A stretch of 64,000 nt of DNA from Takakia lepidozioides (taxonomy: Eukaryota > Plantae > Bryophyta): positions 13,082,001-13,146,000 of the forward strand of contig CM060734.1 of assembly GCA_030704615.1 (NCBI GenBank), written 5' to 3'. The position numbers and the translations under genes were made by a program. Below, piece after piece: positions 37,437 through 49,083 of the stretch. Below the pieces are notes generated by a model that was given only the letters and a program-made list of their open reading frames with translations, did not search any database and was not told the origin of the DNA. Position 1 is the stretch's first letter, and the number at the start of each line of letters is the position of its first letter.

Positions 37437-39720
37437 GCTCAAACAGTGTGCGTTGACGCACACTGTTTGAGCCTTCCATTTTGCTTGCTTGCTGATGTGC
37501 GAAACGGCCAAATTGGGGAACTAGGGCAGGTTCAATCCACCATGAATTGGAAGCTCAAACAGTGTGCGTTGACGCACACTGTTTGAGCCCCCCATTTTAC
37601 TTGGTTGTTGGTGTGCAAAACGGCCAGATAGGGCCACTATGCCCGGTTCAATCCTCCACTATTTGGAAGCTCAAACAGTGTGCGTTGACGCACACTGTTT
37701 GAGCCCCCTTATCACTGTTCTTCTCACAAAAAAATTACCCAGCCAGGGTATCTCTTTGAGGTTCAATCATCAATTTCCTGGTAGCTCCAGCAGTGTGCGT
37801 CAACGCACACTGTTTGAGCTCACCTTGTCATTGTTTTTTTTGTTTCAAAATCAGCCACACAGGGCTTGTCTCTGAGGATCAATGAACACTTACCTGGTAG
37901 CTCCAACAGTGTGCGTTGGTGCACACTGTTTGAGCCCACATTCTCATTGATTTTTCATCTGAAAAACGGCCACAAACGGCATGTATTTGAGGATCAATCA
38001 TCACTTACCTGGCAGCTCAAACAGTGTGCGTCAACGCACACTGTTTGAGCTCACCTTGTCATTGCCTTTGTCATCTGAAAATCGGCCACATAGGGTATGT
38101 ATTTGAGGATCAATCATCACTTACCTGGCAACTCAAACAGTGTGCGTCAACGCACACTGTTTGAGCTCACATTGTCATTGTTTTTTTCATTCGAAAATCG
38201 GCCACATAGGGCATGTCTCTGAGGATCAATGAACACTTACCTGGCAGCTCAAGCAGTGTGCATCGGCGCACACTGTTTGAGCCCACCTTCTCATTGTTTT
38301 TTTCATCTGGAAATCGGCCACAAAGGGCATGTATTTGATGATCAATGAACACTTACCTGGCAGCTCAAACAGTGTGCGTCAACGCACACTGTTTGAGCCC
38401 ACCTTGTCACTGATCTTTTCCTGTGAAATTCGGCAATACAGGGCATGTCTGTGAGGATCAATGAACACTTACCTGGCAGCTCAAACTGTTTGAGCTCACT
38501 TTTTCTTTGTTTTTGTCATCTTAAATTCGGCCACAAAGGGCATGTATTTGAAGATCAATGAACACTTACCTGGCAGCTCAAACAGTGTGCGTCAACGCAC
38601 ATTGATTGAGCCCACCATGTCATTGTTTTTTCGTTTGAAAATCGGCCACAGAGGGCTTGTCACTGAGGATCAATCATCACTTACCTGGCAGCTCAAACAG
38701 TGTGCGTCAACGCACACTGTTTGAGCCCACCTTCTCATTGTTTTTTTCGTTTGAAAATTGGCCACACAGGGCATGTAACTGAGGATCAATGAACACTTAC
38801 CTAGTAGCTCAAATAGTGTGCATTGGCACACACTGTTTGAGCCCAACTTCTCATTATTTTTTCATCTGAAAAAGGCCACAAACAGCATGTATTTGAGGAT
38901 CAATCATCACATACCTGGCAGCTCAAACAGTGTGTGTCAATGCACACTGTTTGAGCTCACCTTGTCAGTGCCTTTGTCATCTGAAATCGGCCACATAGGG
39001 CATGTATTTGAGGATCAATCATCACTTACCTGGCACTCAAACAGTATGCGTCAACGCACACTGTTTGAGCTCACCTTCTCATTATTTTGTCAGCTGAAAA
39101 AAGGCCACAAATGGCATGTATTTGAGGATCAATCATCACTTACCTGGCAGCTCAAACAGTGTGCGTCAACGCACACTGTTTGAGCTCACCTTGTCATTGC
39201 CTTTGTCATCTGAAAATCGGCCACATAGGGTATATATTTGAGGATCAATCATCACTTACCTGGCAGCTCAAACAGTGTGCGTCAACGCACACTGTTTGAG
39301 CCCACCTTGTCATTGTTTTTTTCCTGTGATATTCGGCAACACACTGGCAGCTCAAACAGTGTGCGTCAACGCACACTGTTTGAGCTCACCTTTTCTTTGT
39401 TTTTTTCATCTGAAAATCAGCCACTAAGGGCATGTCTTTGAGGTTCAATGAACACTTACCTGGCAGCTCAAACAGTGTGCGTCAACGCACACTGTTTGAG
39501 CCCACCTTGTCATTGTTTTTTTCTTGTGAAATTCGGCATCATGGGGCATGTCTTTGAGGTTCAATGCACACTTACTAGGCAGCTCAAACAGTGTGCGTCA
39601 ACGCACACTGTTTGAGCCCACCTTGTCATTGCTTTTTTCTTTGAATAGGGCGAAATATCATGTTCAAAACACTTGAATTTGGAAGCTGAAACATTGTGCG
39701 GCAACGCACGGTGTTTTTGG
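37437..39720. repeat. Tandem array of ~21 x ~116-bp units, each with a 36-bp palindrome GCTCAAACAGTGTGCGT-(CA/TG)-ACGCACACTGTTTGAGC
   Basis: Palindrome starts at 37437, 37553, 37669, 37784, 37900, 38015, 38131, 38247, 38363, 38479 and onward to 39582. Inter-palindrome sequence is also homologous between units. Confidence 0.95.
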
Positions 39721-39837
39721 CCCCCACAATGCTTGTTTTCTGGTGAGAAATTTGGCCACACAGGGCCTGTCTGCCATGCTCAAACACCATCGTTTCATGC
39801 CTCTCTCTTATATCAATTTGAATGAACAACCCTGCAG

Positions 39838-42800
39838 GAGAAGATGCAAAGTGTGGCGGAGGAGATCACTTCGGGGCAAGGGAATGAGATCATTGTTGAT
39901 GTTGACGATGAGTTCTATGAAAGCAAAGCCGCTGAGATGTTGTGGGGTCAGAAGGTAAACTCTCAGCTTGTGGTGCAAAGTATGCTTGCCCCGGGTGGGA
40001 GGTTGAAGATTCCCCTGTGTAGGTTGGTTTCCATGCCCGTCGTTCGTCCACCCCTCATCAAGGACATCCTGAAGCTAGAGGCGGAGTTTGTTCATGGGTA
40101 TTTGGATGGATCCGCAGTCTTTTACGTTTCTACAAAGGATTCCAGAGGCAATGAGTTCCTTGTGGATGAGTCAATCGTGGACTCCTGGGATCCCATTTGG
40201 AGACAGGTGAACGAATCCTTCGAACTTCTTCTTTCCAGGAAACCTTCCACCTAGGCATTCTCAGGGAAGATGTTTCACGTTTGGGATGACAACCACCGGT
40301 TGCTTGCATGGATGGCTGTCATTGGGAGGCTGCACTCACAGGAGGAAGAGTGGCATTACTCTGTTCGATCGATGGTGCTGGATTGCGACGGGAACATGAT
40401 GGGTCTTCTGACGGCAATGAATGATGTGAACAGGTTGGTTTCTCATTCTACATGTTCCACTTGTGGTTTCGTGGTTCTTTGATTCAAGTCCTTGAATTTC
40501 ATTCTGACTTTCAGATATCATTTTGCAGAGGGATGGAGACATTGCATGTCAAAACGAGTCTGGTTCACACACTGTATAGGATACAAAGGATCGGGCAGAT
40601 GCCCTTGACCAACTTCAAGACCATCCTTTTAGCAGAGACGTACAAGAAGTGTGAAAGCTCCAAGACATCGGAAATGTGGTACTCGTTGACTCGTGAGGCT
40701 TTCATGGAGTACATGTACACGGTGAGATACATCTTCCTTCATCTGGCCTTTCCATATTCCTACTTCCACATGTTTGTTTCTGTTTGTTTCCCTTGACCTT
40801 GGGTTGATGCAACTCTCGTGCATTCCCTTGCAGCAAGACATTGCAGATGCAGGGGAGCGTGGCAAACTGGAATACTACAGCTCAACCCCTGAGGAGAGAA
40901 GGACAGCAAAGGGGGTTGAGAGTCACATCCAGAAAGAGATGACCGCTACAAGAAGGACTATAATGAGTGCTTTTGTGAAGCAGTTGAGAATTGCCGACCC
41001 ATCATTCGGATCGCAGTTTCTCCTAGAGATAAAAAAACCATTATAACAAGCCAGGCAAGCCAGAGATGGCCTAGGAGAAGTTGCACAGGTTGTCTACCGC
41101 CGTTGTGTCTTCAGAACAGAAGGTGAAGTGGCTACAGTTATGGAACTCCGATCCCACAGTTAGGGATACCCACATGTTCCCCAGGCCGGAGAAAGAGAAG
41201 AAGACCCAGCGTGTCATTCCTGTCAGTGACAATGTGCTGGACACATGGCTTCACAAGGCCACTTACTGGAGCCAGGTGTGATGTCCTTTCCTGTGTCACT
41301 TTCTTTTCTCTTTTCCTGTCCTTCTCTTTCCATTGCCTCTTACATTCGCTGTGATTGTTTTTGGGTTCATTCTTGCATTTGAATTGTTTTGCAGTTGGAA
41401 GAAAGGGCCCGGTCGGTTCTGCATACTCAGCTGGCTGACTATGGCATCACTATGACAGCACCGAAGGTCTCCTTCGAAGCATACATGAGGAAATGGAGAG
41501 CCACAGTGTGGCACTCTTGTTTCTTTAGAGAGTTCAGCAAGGAGGGTGGCATCAGTCAAACAAATGACCTTGACTAGCAAGAAAAAGGAGAGGAAGCCTA
41601 GAAACGATGCCTTTACAGGTGCACACCCTGGGCCGTTCAGGCTACTTAGTGTGCTGTGGTTGCAATGTACTGTGCCGCATACTGTTTAAGGGGGTCTTCC
41701 TGGTGTGATGGAAAAGCTGAGAGACAATAATTGCATTGCATAATGAGGTTGTCTCTGTTCCTGCAGGTACATAAAGTTTGTTCTCATGGAAGATAATTGC
41801 TTAGACAAACATCCAGATTTCGTGGACCTTTGGCTTGTCCCTGCTGGCAACCAGACCATGTTTACTACTGGGATCTTGCATGACTCGGGCCCAGACCATC
41901 TTTCTTCTTGTGGTTGGTATTTGGATTGCCCTCCTTCTGAGACCCCAGCTCCGGAGGTGTCTTTGAGGAGAGAGAATGAGCGTATTGCAGCCACTGCCGC
42001 AGTAGCCGACCTCGACATTTATGAACGAAATTTGAGGACTCTTGCAGAGAAGGAACCTCCTGCTCAGGATACCCCGGGTAGAGGAAGAAAGGCAAAGGGA
42101 AAAGATGTTGCTGGTGTTGTGGGGAAAGGAAGGGGTAGAGGGAAGGTGGCACAAGGGCAGGGAAGTGTTGCAGATATTGGCCCAGTCGTGCATGTCCAGC
42201 AGACTCCACTGCATGGTAGGGGATCCATGAGAAAGAACAAGGGGGTGGTTGATCCCAAGGACCCGTACCATGCAGTGGAACATCCCACGAGGGTCATTTG
42301 CCCTACCAGGTTGGAGATGGCCAACGTCGGGTTCTTTGCCATGATGGAGTCCAAGAAATCTGATTTCAAGGGCGAGCCATGTGGGAGAGGATTGTGGAGT
42401 TCCTCGGCACGGTGCGTGTTCTCTTTTGCTTCTTCTCTGCTGTGGGCATGGATCGTTTCAATCCTCTTGAGTATTCCATTGTAATTTTGTTTGCAGGCTA
42501 AAATGACCAAATCCTGGGTGAACGGGAAGAGAAGCCATATGCAGCGAACTCATCATCTTGGACATCCCTGATGGGTTGGCAGTCCCGGATGTCCCTCCAT
42601 CGGGTGCTTGTTCGGGTTGGAATGCTTTTGATGAGCGTTATTGGCGGTGGGTTTTCTCCTTTTGCAATTTTTTCCTGTCCGATGCAGGTGTTTTGGTGCT
42701 CATCCAGTCCATCGACGTTCGCTGTCGCCGTGCACTTGCCAGCTATTTGAAAGCCTCGGGCATGAGAGTCGTGAAGACATGGAATTGTGTGAACAGCATG

Positions 42801-43544
42801 TACCTTACGAAGGGGGATCGTCCGGGAGAGATGGTAAATTTGCCTTCTTCTTCCCTTCTTGGTGGTTCTCGGATGGAGTTGTATAGGTCGCTCGAACTCA
42901 TATGTAGGGGCCTGATTTTTTAAGCTTCTTAGTTCCTTGTGGATGTCCTGTTCGCAGACTTGTTTGTTTGAAGCTGTTTGTCTCGTCCGAGTGCATCCAC
43001 CAACGACTCCGGCCGGCATTGCGGAGTTCGCCATCACTCATGGGGGCAAGTTCATAGACGACAGGATAGATCCTCCCACGGATGACATGCACCACAACCA
43101 CGTCGACAGCAACGTGTGCTTGCGAAGGGGGAATGGGGTTCCTTGGAGAGGGGCGAGGGAGAGGAGCTCGGCTTTCATTCAAACGATTGTGGAGTGCTGC
43201 ACCTACACAGACGCCAGAGTTCTGGATTTGTCAATGGGCACAGGTTCGTCTCTTCAACATTCACATTTCATGAGGTTTGATTGAGCTTGCACTTCCCACC
43301 GTTCCAAATGTGTCTTCAATGTCTGCTTCCTTCATTTTATTCCACTGTAGGTGCTTCGTACCACGCTTGCAAGGCCAGTGCGCGACATCTCTTTGGAATT
43401 GAAGGGGATGTTGAGATTTGCAAGAACCTCCTGATGGGTTTGGGTGGACACACTTCTCAAGTCCTTCCGAAGCCCCGTCCCGCTGATATTGATACAGATG
43501 AGACTTCCGACAAGGAGCTGGACTCCGACTTTACCTGTGAGTAA
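39838..43544 (+). pseudogene. Multi-exon ParB/Srx-like domain fused to a beta-class N4-cytosine/N6-adenine DNA methyltransferase-like domain
   Basis: N-terminal IPLCRLV..VRP..KLEAEF..GY..FHVWDDNHRLLAW (ParB DGNHR-like). C-terminal LIILDIPDG (motif IV position), then PWRGARERS..VECCTYTDARVLDLSMGTG|ASYHACKASARHLFGIEGD (motifs X-I-II; compare VLDPFxGSGTT..GRxxIGIE). About 8 GT-AG exons; stops at 40252 and 41044. Confidence 0.8.
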
Positions 43545-44145
43545 GTTCAACCTGTGGATGCTTGCATTGTTGTTTCAATATCGAGAATCACTGTTCTTGA
43601 GGCAAAGTTCACATGGGAGACATCATCTTCGTTGGACTTGTGCATTGCATCATTGTGTTCAAAATGGGTTTTTGTCGACATGTGCAGGAGTCCGCGTGCT
43701 TCCACTTACCCTCCAGGGCTATCACACCTATTTGGACTTCTTTCCAGTCCTCCTCGGTCTTGCGTGCTACCTGTCTATGCGGAGGCACTTGCAGCAAGCA
43801 TGTCCGTTCATGGCACTCGGAGTCCACCCATCGACGGCCGTGGTACCACTTTAGTTGATGTCAGTGTGCACCTCCTCACGACGTACCCACATAAACTTGT
43901 GAGGGCTTGGTATGTTGATAATGTCTGGATGGATGCAATGGATACAATGGATGTAACATATCCACTCTGCATTCCCGGAAAATGGCTGATCAACCCGCGG
44001 AAATAGGTGACACCCGCGGAAATAGGCCCTGTATGCATGCTGACGTGGCGTGAGCCTGTGCTGGGCTCACGGTTTCCTGGGCTCACAGGCTCACGGAATA
44101 GCACCCCCCCTCCGCTCAGCTTCACACTAGAAGCCTAAACTTGGT

Positions 44146-44586
44146 TGTCATAGCGTTGAGCTATGCAACACTGACCGCCTCTCTACTCATTGCAAACCTG
44201 CAACCTGTTCGCCTTTGCACTCTATCCGCTTTGGATAGGCTCATGCACGGATCCCAGCACTCTAGGCTGAACCGTTTCTCATGATCTGAAAACACAAGTG
44301 CTACAACTAACTCGCACCTGGCACTCACAGACTCAAGCTCATCTTTCTCGAGTGATAAACAAGAAGGATACAAGCACACAAGCTCTCTCAAGTTCACACA
44401 CTTGCACATGAAAACATCACTCATATATTAAGTCAAGCCAAGTACACCCCACGCCATGGGGAATCCACGCTACGGCGCCATAGCTAGACGCGGTGAGGCT
44501 CAACTCGAGAAAGATGAGCCCACCGCGATATGCCGTGAAGATAACAACGCCAGGTGCCCAAACATATATTGGCCCCTGGATTGACA
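44146..44586. mobile_element. Solo LTR (~441 bp)
   Basis: TGTCA...TGACA termini; CTTGG on both flanks (44140-44144, with one extra T, and 44587-44591). Confidence 0.6.
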
Positions 44587-44804
44587 CTTGGATCAATCCC
44601 AAATGTCAATATATCAAAACTAATTATTTTCTAGCTAGTTTCACACTAGTGGTAAAATAACTTGACAAGACTGACTCCAACTTGGAGCGGATTGGCAGAC
44701 CCTCCAGCACCCTCCATCCTCGACTCCAACCTTAGAGTGGACTGGCATACCATTTGACAAAATATATATTTAGTAACACATAATTATTGCCATAATACAT
44801 CCTA

Positions 44805-44865
44805 ACAAGATTTGAACACCAAACCTCATGCTTATAATTCATTGCTCTTTACCACCACACTACCC
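44805..44865 (-). mobile_element. Degenerate tRNA-derived SINE head
   Basis: Minus strand GGGTAGTGTGGTGG (A box) ... GGTGTTCAAATC (B box) at tRNA-like spacing, without a foldable cloverleaf. Confidence 0.45.
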
Positions 44866-45519
44866 ACCACTTTCTACAGACCTTTCAAATAACTAATCTT
44901 TTATGTGCATATTTATGTGTTTTGTGGGCCCAAGCAAATTGGCTTGCCGGGTAGACCTCATCAGCAGACTGGGATTGGCTAGGTCCGGGTAAGGGCGCTC
45001 CGCGACCCCCTCTACCACACACGCGGGCCCGCCGCACCCACACGTGCGGGCATTGAAGACACTATTATCTTTCAATGAGAAGTGGCTTGTAACTACACTT
45101 GATAATTGCACTCTGAGAATCATATCTGACCAAAACGTTCTTGAAATCAGATGCCCGCAGCTTCGATCATGGGTTCAAAGTTAAAACCCATGAGCGAGCC
45201 TATGTGTCCAAAGCTTTTTTCTTAATTTTTCGAAAGCTTCAAAGTAGGTAAGTTATGGTTGTTTTCTTCAGAACTTGTCATTCATGAGTGTATGGCATTT
45301 GAGGGCTTAAATTTTTCCCCGGCCTTGGAGTCTTTTTCCAAAAAGAAGAAAAAAGATGAAAAGGTCATATGCTAATTTTGGGCAGTGTGGTGGCACCATA
45401 CCCACCTCCCAAAGACAAGGCCCTGAATGAGTGAAGATTATCAGCAACCACAACTCCCAAGGACCATGAAAAAGTCGTGTAACATCCAACTTGTCCGCGC
45501 TCCAGTCCTTTCAGTAAGA

Positions 45520-45598
45520 GGTAAAGACCTCGCCCTTGGACTTTCCTGGATGTCCACAGGGCGAAAATCCAGGAAAGTCATGGGGCGAGGGCTTTACC
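45520..45598. repeat. Hairpin with ~32-bp imperfect arms
   Basis: GGTAAAGACCTCGCCCTTGGACTTTCCTGGAT ... ATCCAGGAAAGTCATGGGGCGAGGGCTTTACC. Confidence 0.75.
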
Positions 45599-47739
45599 TT
45601 TTGTAAAAAATGAAGCTGCCCGTTTTCGAGACTGCCCGTTTCTCCTCTGCGTTGCCACTAGGGTTTCATTGTCACGTCATTGTAGCTCGCTGCCTAAGTT
45701 TGAAAATCGTCTGCCCAAAATAGATCCATAAAGTATGGGGGGACAGATTCCATAATCTGGGATTACAGCCCCCGTCCCGGGCAAAACCTGTAATCACACG
45801 TGCGACAAAATTCCATGGCATTCCCGCAGGAAGCCCTAATTTAAACAAAGCCCAAAAATCTGAAGGTTTTTACGGGACTTGGGTAAGCTGGTAAGCAATT
45901 TTAAAAGAGAGAGAGATTGTAAGTAGAACTCTTCCTTCCGACAAACCTGATGAACACCTAGTAGTAAAAGTACGAGAATGACTTAGTGAATTACGAGAGC
46001 GGGCCAAGTTGACTCAAGCCTCACACTGCGGGCTGTGGGCCCTCCTTCCCCAAGTGTCTTTGCAAATTAAAACAAAGACAGAGCCTGGGATCCATTTTGG
46101 ATTCCATATTCGCATTGCTGGACTGTAAAGCCTCAGAATTTTGTGTGGCCTCGTCGTACTGAGGCCGCAGGGTGCAGAGGGGACAGGACCTGACAGCGGC
46201 CCCGCTACATTAAAGGATCCCTATTCCCCTGTTTCTCTTATATACTGAAAAAACGTCCAATCGTTGGTACGGTGGAGGTTGTGGTCTGGTGGTAGGTCGA
46301 TGGCGATGTGGCGATGCAGGTCTCGGGTTTCATTCCTTGAACGTAGTTCCGGTGGTTGGCGCTTACTGTATCTACTCTACGGAGGTGGTATGCAACTACT
46401 CTCATGCAGGTAGTTCAGCTTGGTTTTGCAGCTACCTTTATGTAGAAAATCCTAAAACTACCTGCATGGAGGTAGTTGTAAAATTCATATGCCAAAAAAA
46501 TTCTAAGTCCTTCACGCATGAAGGTAGTTTGCTCCTATATTAATGAGACGGCCTGACGGTCGTCTGACAAGCCTCATAACGACGAGGTCACACAAAATTC
46601 TGAGCCGACAGTAAACGTAGTGTGCGGAAGAAGGGCCCAAGAGGTTGACAGTGTGCTTGACACACCGGTTGTTCTTGAGCACGAAAAAGAAAATCTGGAG
46701 TGGGTCAGAGGCGGTGTCACCCAAGCGTCCCCTTTGTCTGGTCGCACATGTGATCCCGAAAGAAGCACTTTTCCACTGTTCTAGCGGGGCTACAGCCCAC
46801 TCTTTGCGTTTTATTCCCAAGTTGGAATTGGAGTGAAATTGTTTCGGGTGCGAGGGTTTTGTCAAGGTGAGAAAATGTCGATGCCCACATGGGTTTTTCT
46901 TGTTTAATGCGCAGTCCCGTTTATCTGTTGTCAGCTGTTCGTTTGGTAGATATTGAGTGTGGGGATGATTTCGCCAAACCTAGCTTTTGGAAGACCAATT
47001 TGCAGCCTGGAATTCTGAAACTGAGCCCTGCACGATCATGTTTCTTCATGTTTCTTTACTGTCTGCATAGGGAGTGACGGTTTTGTTCTGTCTGAAGGAG
47101 AACGTAGGCTTGCTTTCGATTGTATGTTAACTCTGAGGGCGGATGCCGACTTTGAATGGAGCAATTGGTGGATTTGCGGATTGTTCGATGAGCGTGGAAA
47201 TGCCTCCAGGGAAGTACACAAAGGATTTTTCCTTGGGCCCTGTGGGCCACAGAAACTGTATAGTAGTATACTACTTTGGTAGAAGACTGCTGTGATTGTT
47301 GATTGAAGGAATTTTGAGTGTCTGTATTGAACCTGTTTGGTTTCTCTTGCTGCCATGTTAGTGCCTTCAAGAATTTACATTTTACTGTCCTCTGATTCCA
47401 TCAGCTTGCCTGCACATGGAATTCCTTAAGCAAACTGCGTTCCAGTATTCATGTTGGATATTCGTTATTTAACCCATTGTCGAAGCCTATATTCTCTAGT
47501 TCGATGACATTTCTCCCTTCAAACGAATTTTGCATTGCAGGAGTACTGCCTTGGTGACACTGGCTTGCCTTTCAGGGTAGATAACGTGTAGAGTTTGGAG
47601 GAGGTACATATAGTTTTGGTTCATGTGGTCTGGTCAGCTGCACGAGAGGAAGGCTTGCTAGCTGGAATTATTTTGTCTCATTTGTTGGGCTACTATTCAA
47701 CTTAAGTGTGTCATGTGTTTGTGCAGCTGATTTGCGGGG

Positions 47740-49083
47740 ATGGCAGGTGGCCTGCGGCTCTCCCTCACGCTACCTCCCACCACATCTTATCCAGGTGTGG
47801 CACCCCCTTAGTTTTTGTGCTTTCTGGTGTGCCTTACTCATATTTTCACTTTTTTTGTGTACCTCATGGCCTAGGTGGTGGGTTCACCACCCCGTATCCC
47901 ATGCAAAACAAACAATGCGTCCTCTTCAAAGTTTGTCACATTCATTGTCATTGTGTCTGTAGTCGAAGTTTATTGAATGCAGATCAGAGCTCCCATAGCG
48001 TACCTGGGTCTCCTGGTTTTGCAGGATGGACCTTGCAATACACATGTTTTCAGTCTTTCCATTACTGGATGGCTTGGCAGGGTTGAACAAGGTTCAAAGT
48101 CTGCAGAGGAAGGGGCGGGGGCGGGGTGGCTACTTGATATGTGCAGCAACACTCCCGGGCAAGTCCAGTGGTGGTGTTCTTGACAGACCCACGATTGAGA
48201 AGGCCACTCCAGGTCGAGAAAGTGAATTTGATGTAAGGTATGTTTCCAGTCCCCACCTCACCATCTGCAGAGTACACTGGCTATCTGGGAAAAATCCCAA
48301 TTTATGAGTTATTAACTATGTCTGAAAATCATGCCCATGTGTAGACATTTTTATGTGTAAATGTCAATCCCTGTTTCTGAAATGTGGAAAAGCAAAAGAC
48401 AGGGTTTAAAACCCTGTTGGACCGCTTTTACATGTACACAAACTGCATAAAACCCCTGAGGCACTGGGTCCTGTATGTAATTCTATTTGATTTATGATCT
48501 CTGAGTGTGCTGAGAGATAATAAACATTCTGAAAAGAGACCGGATTAGCATGTGTGAATGATAAGAGAGAAAGCATCTACAACCTGAAAGGGCAGCAGTA
48601 ATAGTTGTGCAGGTTTTATTGGACTGTGTGCTGAGTTTATCGTGATGATAGGGACCCAAAAGAGGCAATATTTAGCTGTCGACCATAAAGCCCTACAGTC
48701 TTCACAATGGTTGGAGCGAGTTAAAGTCACTTCTGTTATGTTTGGTTGCGAATTATCATTCTGGTGTATGTCACGCCACCTGAGACGGTTTGGAATAAGG
48801 CTGAACATAGGTGAGAGGGTGCAGAAAAGTTCGGAAGGTTGCACCACCATACCGTGTGATGCTGCACAACGATAACTATAACAAGCGGGAGTATGTGGTC
48901 CAAGTGCTGATGAAGGTAATTCCAGGCATGACAGTTGACATTGCAGTCAACGTAATGCAGGAAGCACATGTGAATGGGATGGCGATTGTCATTGTCTGTG
49001 CGCAAAATGATGCCGAGGAACACTGCTTGCAATTGCGCAGCAATGGCCTTCTTAGTTCCATTGAACCAGCCAGTGGTTGCTAG
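47740..49083 (+). CDS. CLPS1: Chloroplast ATP-dependent Clp protease adaptor ClpS1; probable join(47740..47794, 48054 or 48081..48237, 48825..49083)
   Basis: GGVLDRPTIEKATPGRESEFDVR|KVRKVAPPYRVMLHNDNYNKREYVVQVLMKVIPGMTVD..EAHVNG..CAQNDAEEHC.QLRSNGLLSSIEPASGC closely matches plant ClpS1. GT-AG phases are consistent; the transit-peptide exon is less certain. Confidence 0.93.

Larger units (their letters stand above)
32102..44109. mobile_element. Full-length ~12-kb Mutator-like (MULE) DNA transposon carrying a ParB-like/DNA amino-methyltransferase cargo gene
   Basis: Imperfect terminal inverted repeats built of CGTGAGC motifs (32116-32154 and 44049-44095). 9-bp flanks ctccgcttg (32093-32101) and ctccgctca (44110-44118). 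Contains a MULE transposase. Confidence 0.85.

Noticed and set aside
38003-38016. U1 snRNA genes (ACTTACCTGGCAG)
   Set aside because: Only the first 10-13 nt match; there are no U1 stem-loops or Sm site.
37437-39720. CRISPR array (36-bp palindromic repeat at regular spacing)
   Set aside because: The ~80-bp spacers are homologous to each other, there are no cas genes, and the context is eukaryotic; this is a tandem repeat.
39838-43544. Bacterial contamination or a restriction-modification operon
   Set aside because: The gene is split by GT-AG introns, lies inside a MULE with a TSD, and has no cognate nuclease.
44805-44865. Functional tRNA gene
   Set aside because: A and B boxes are present but the acceptor and anticodon stems do not pair.
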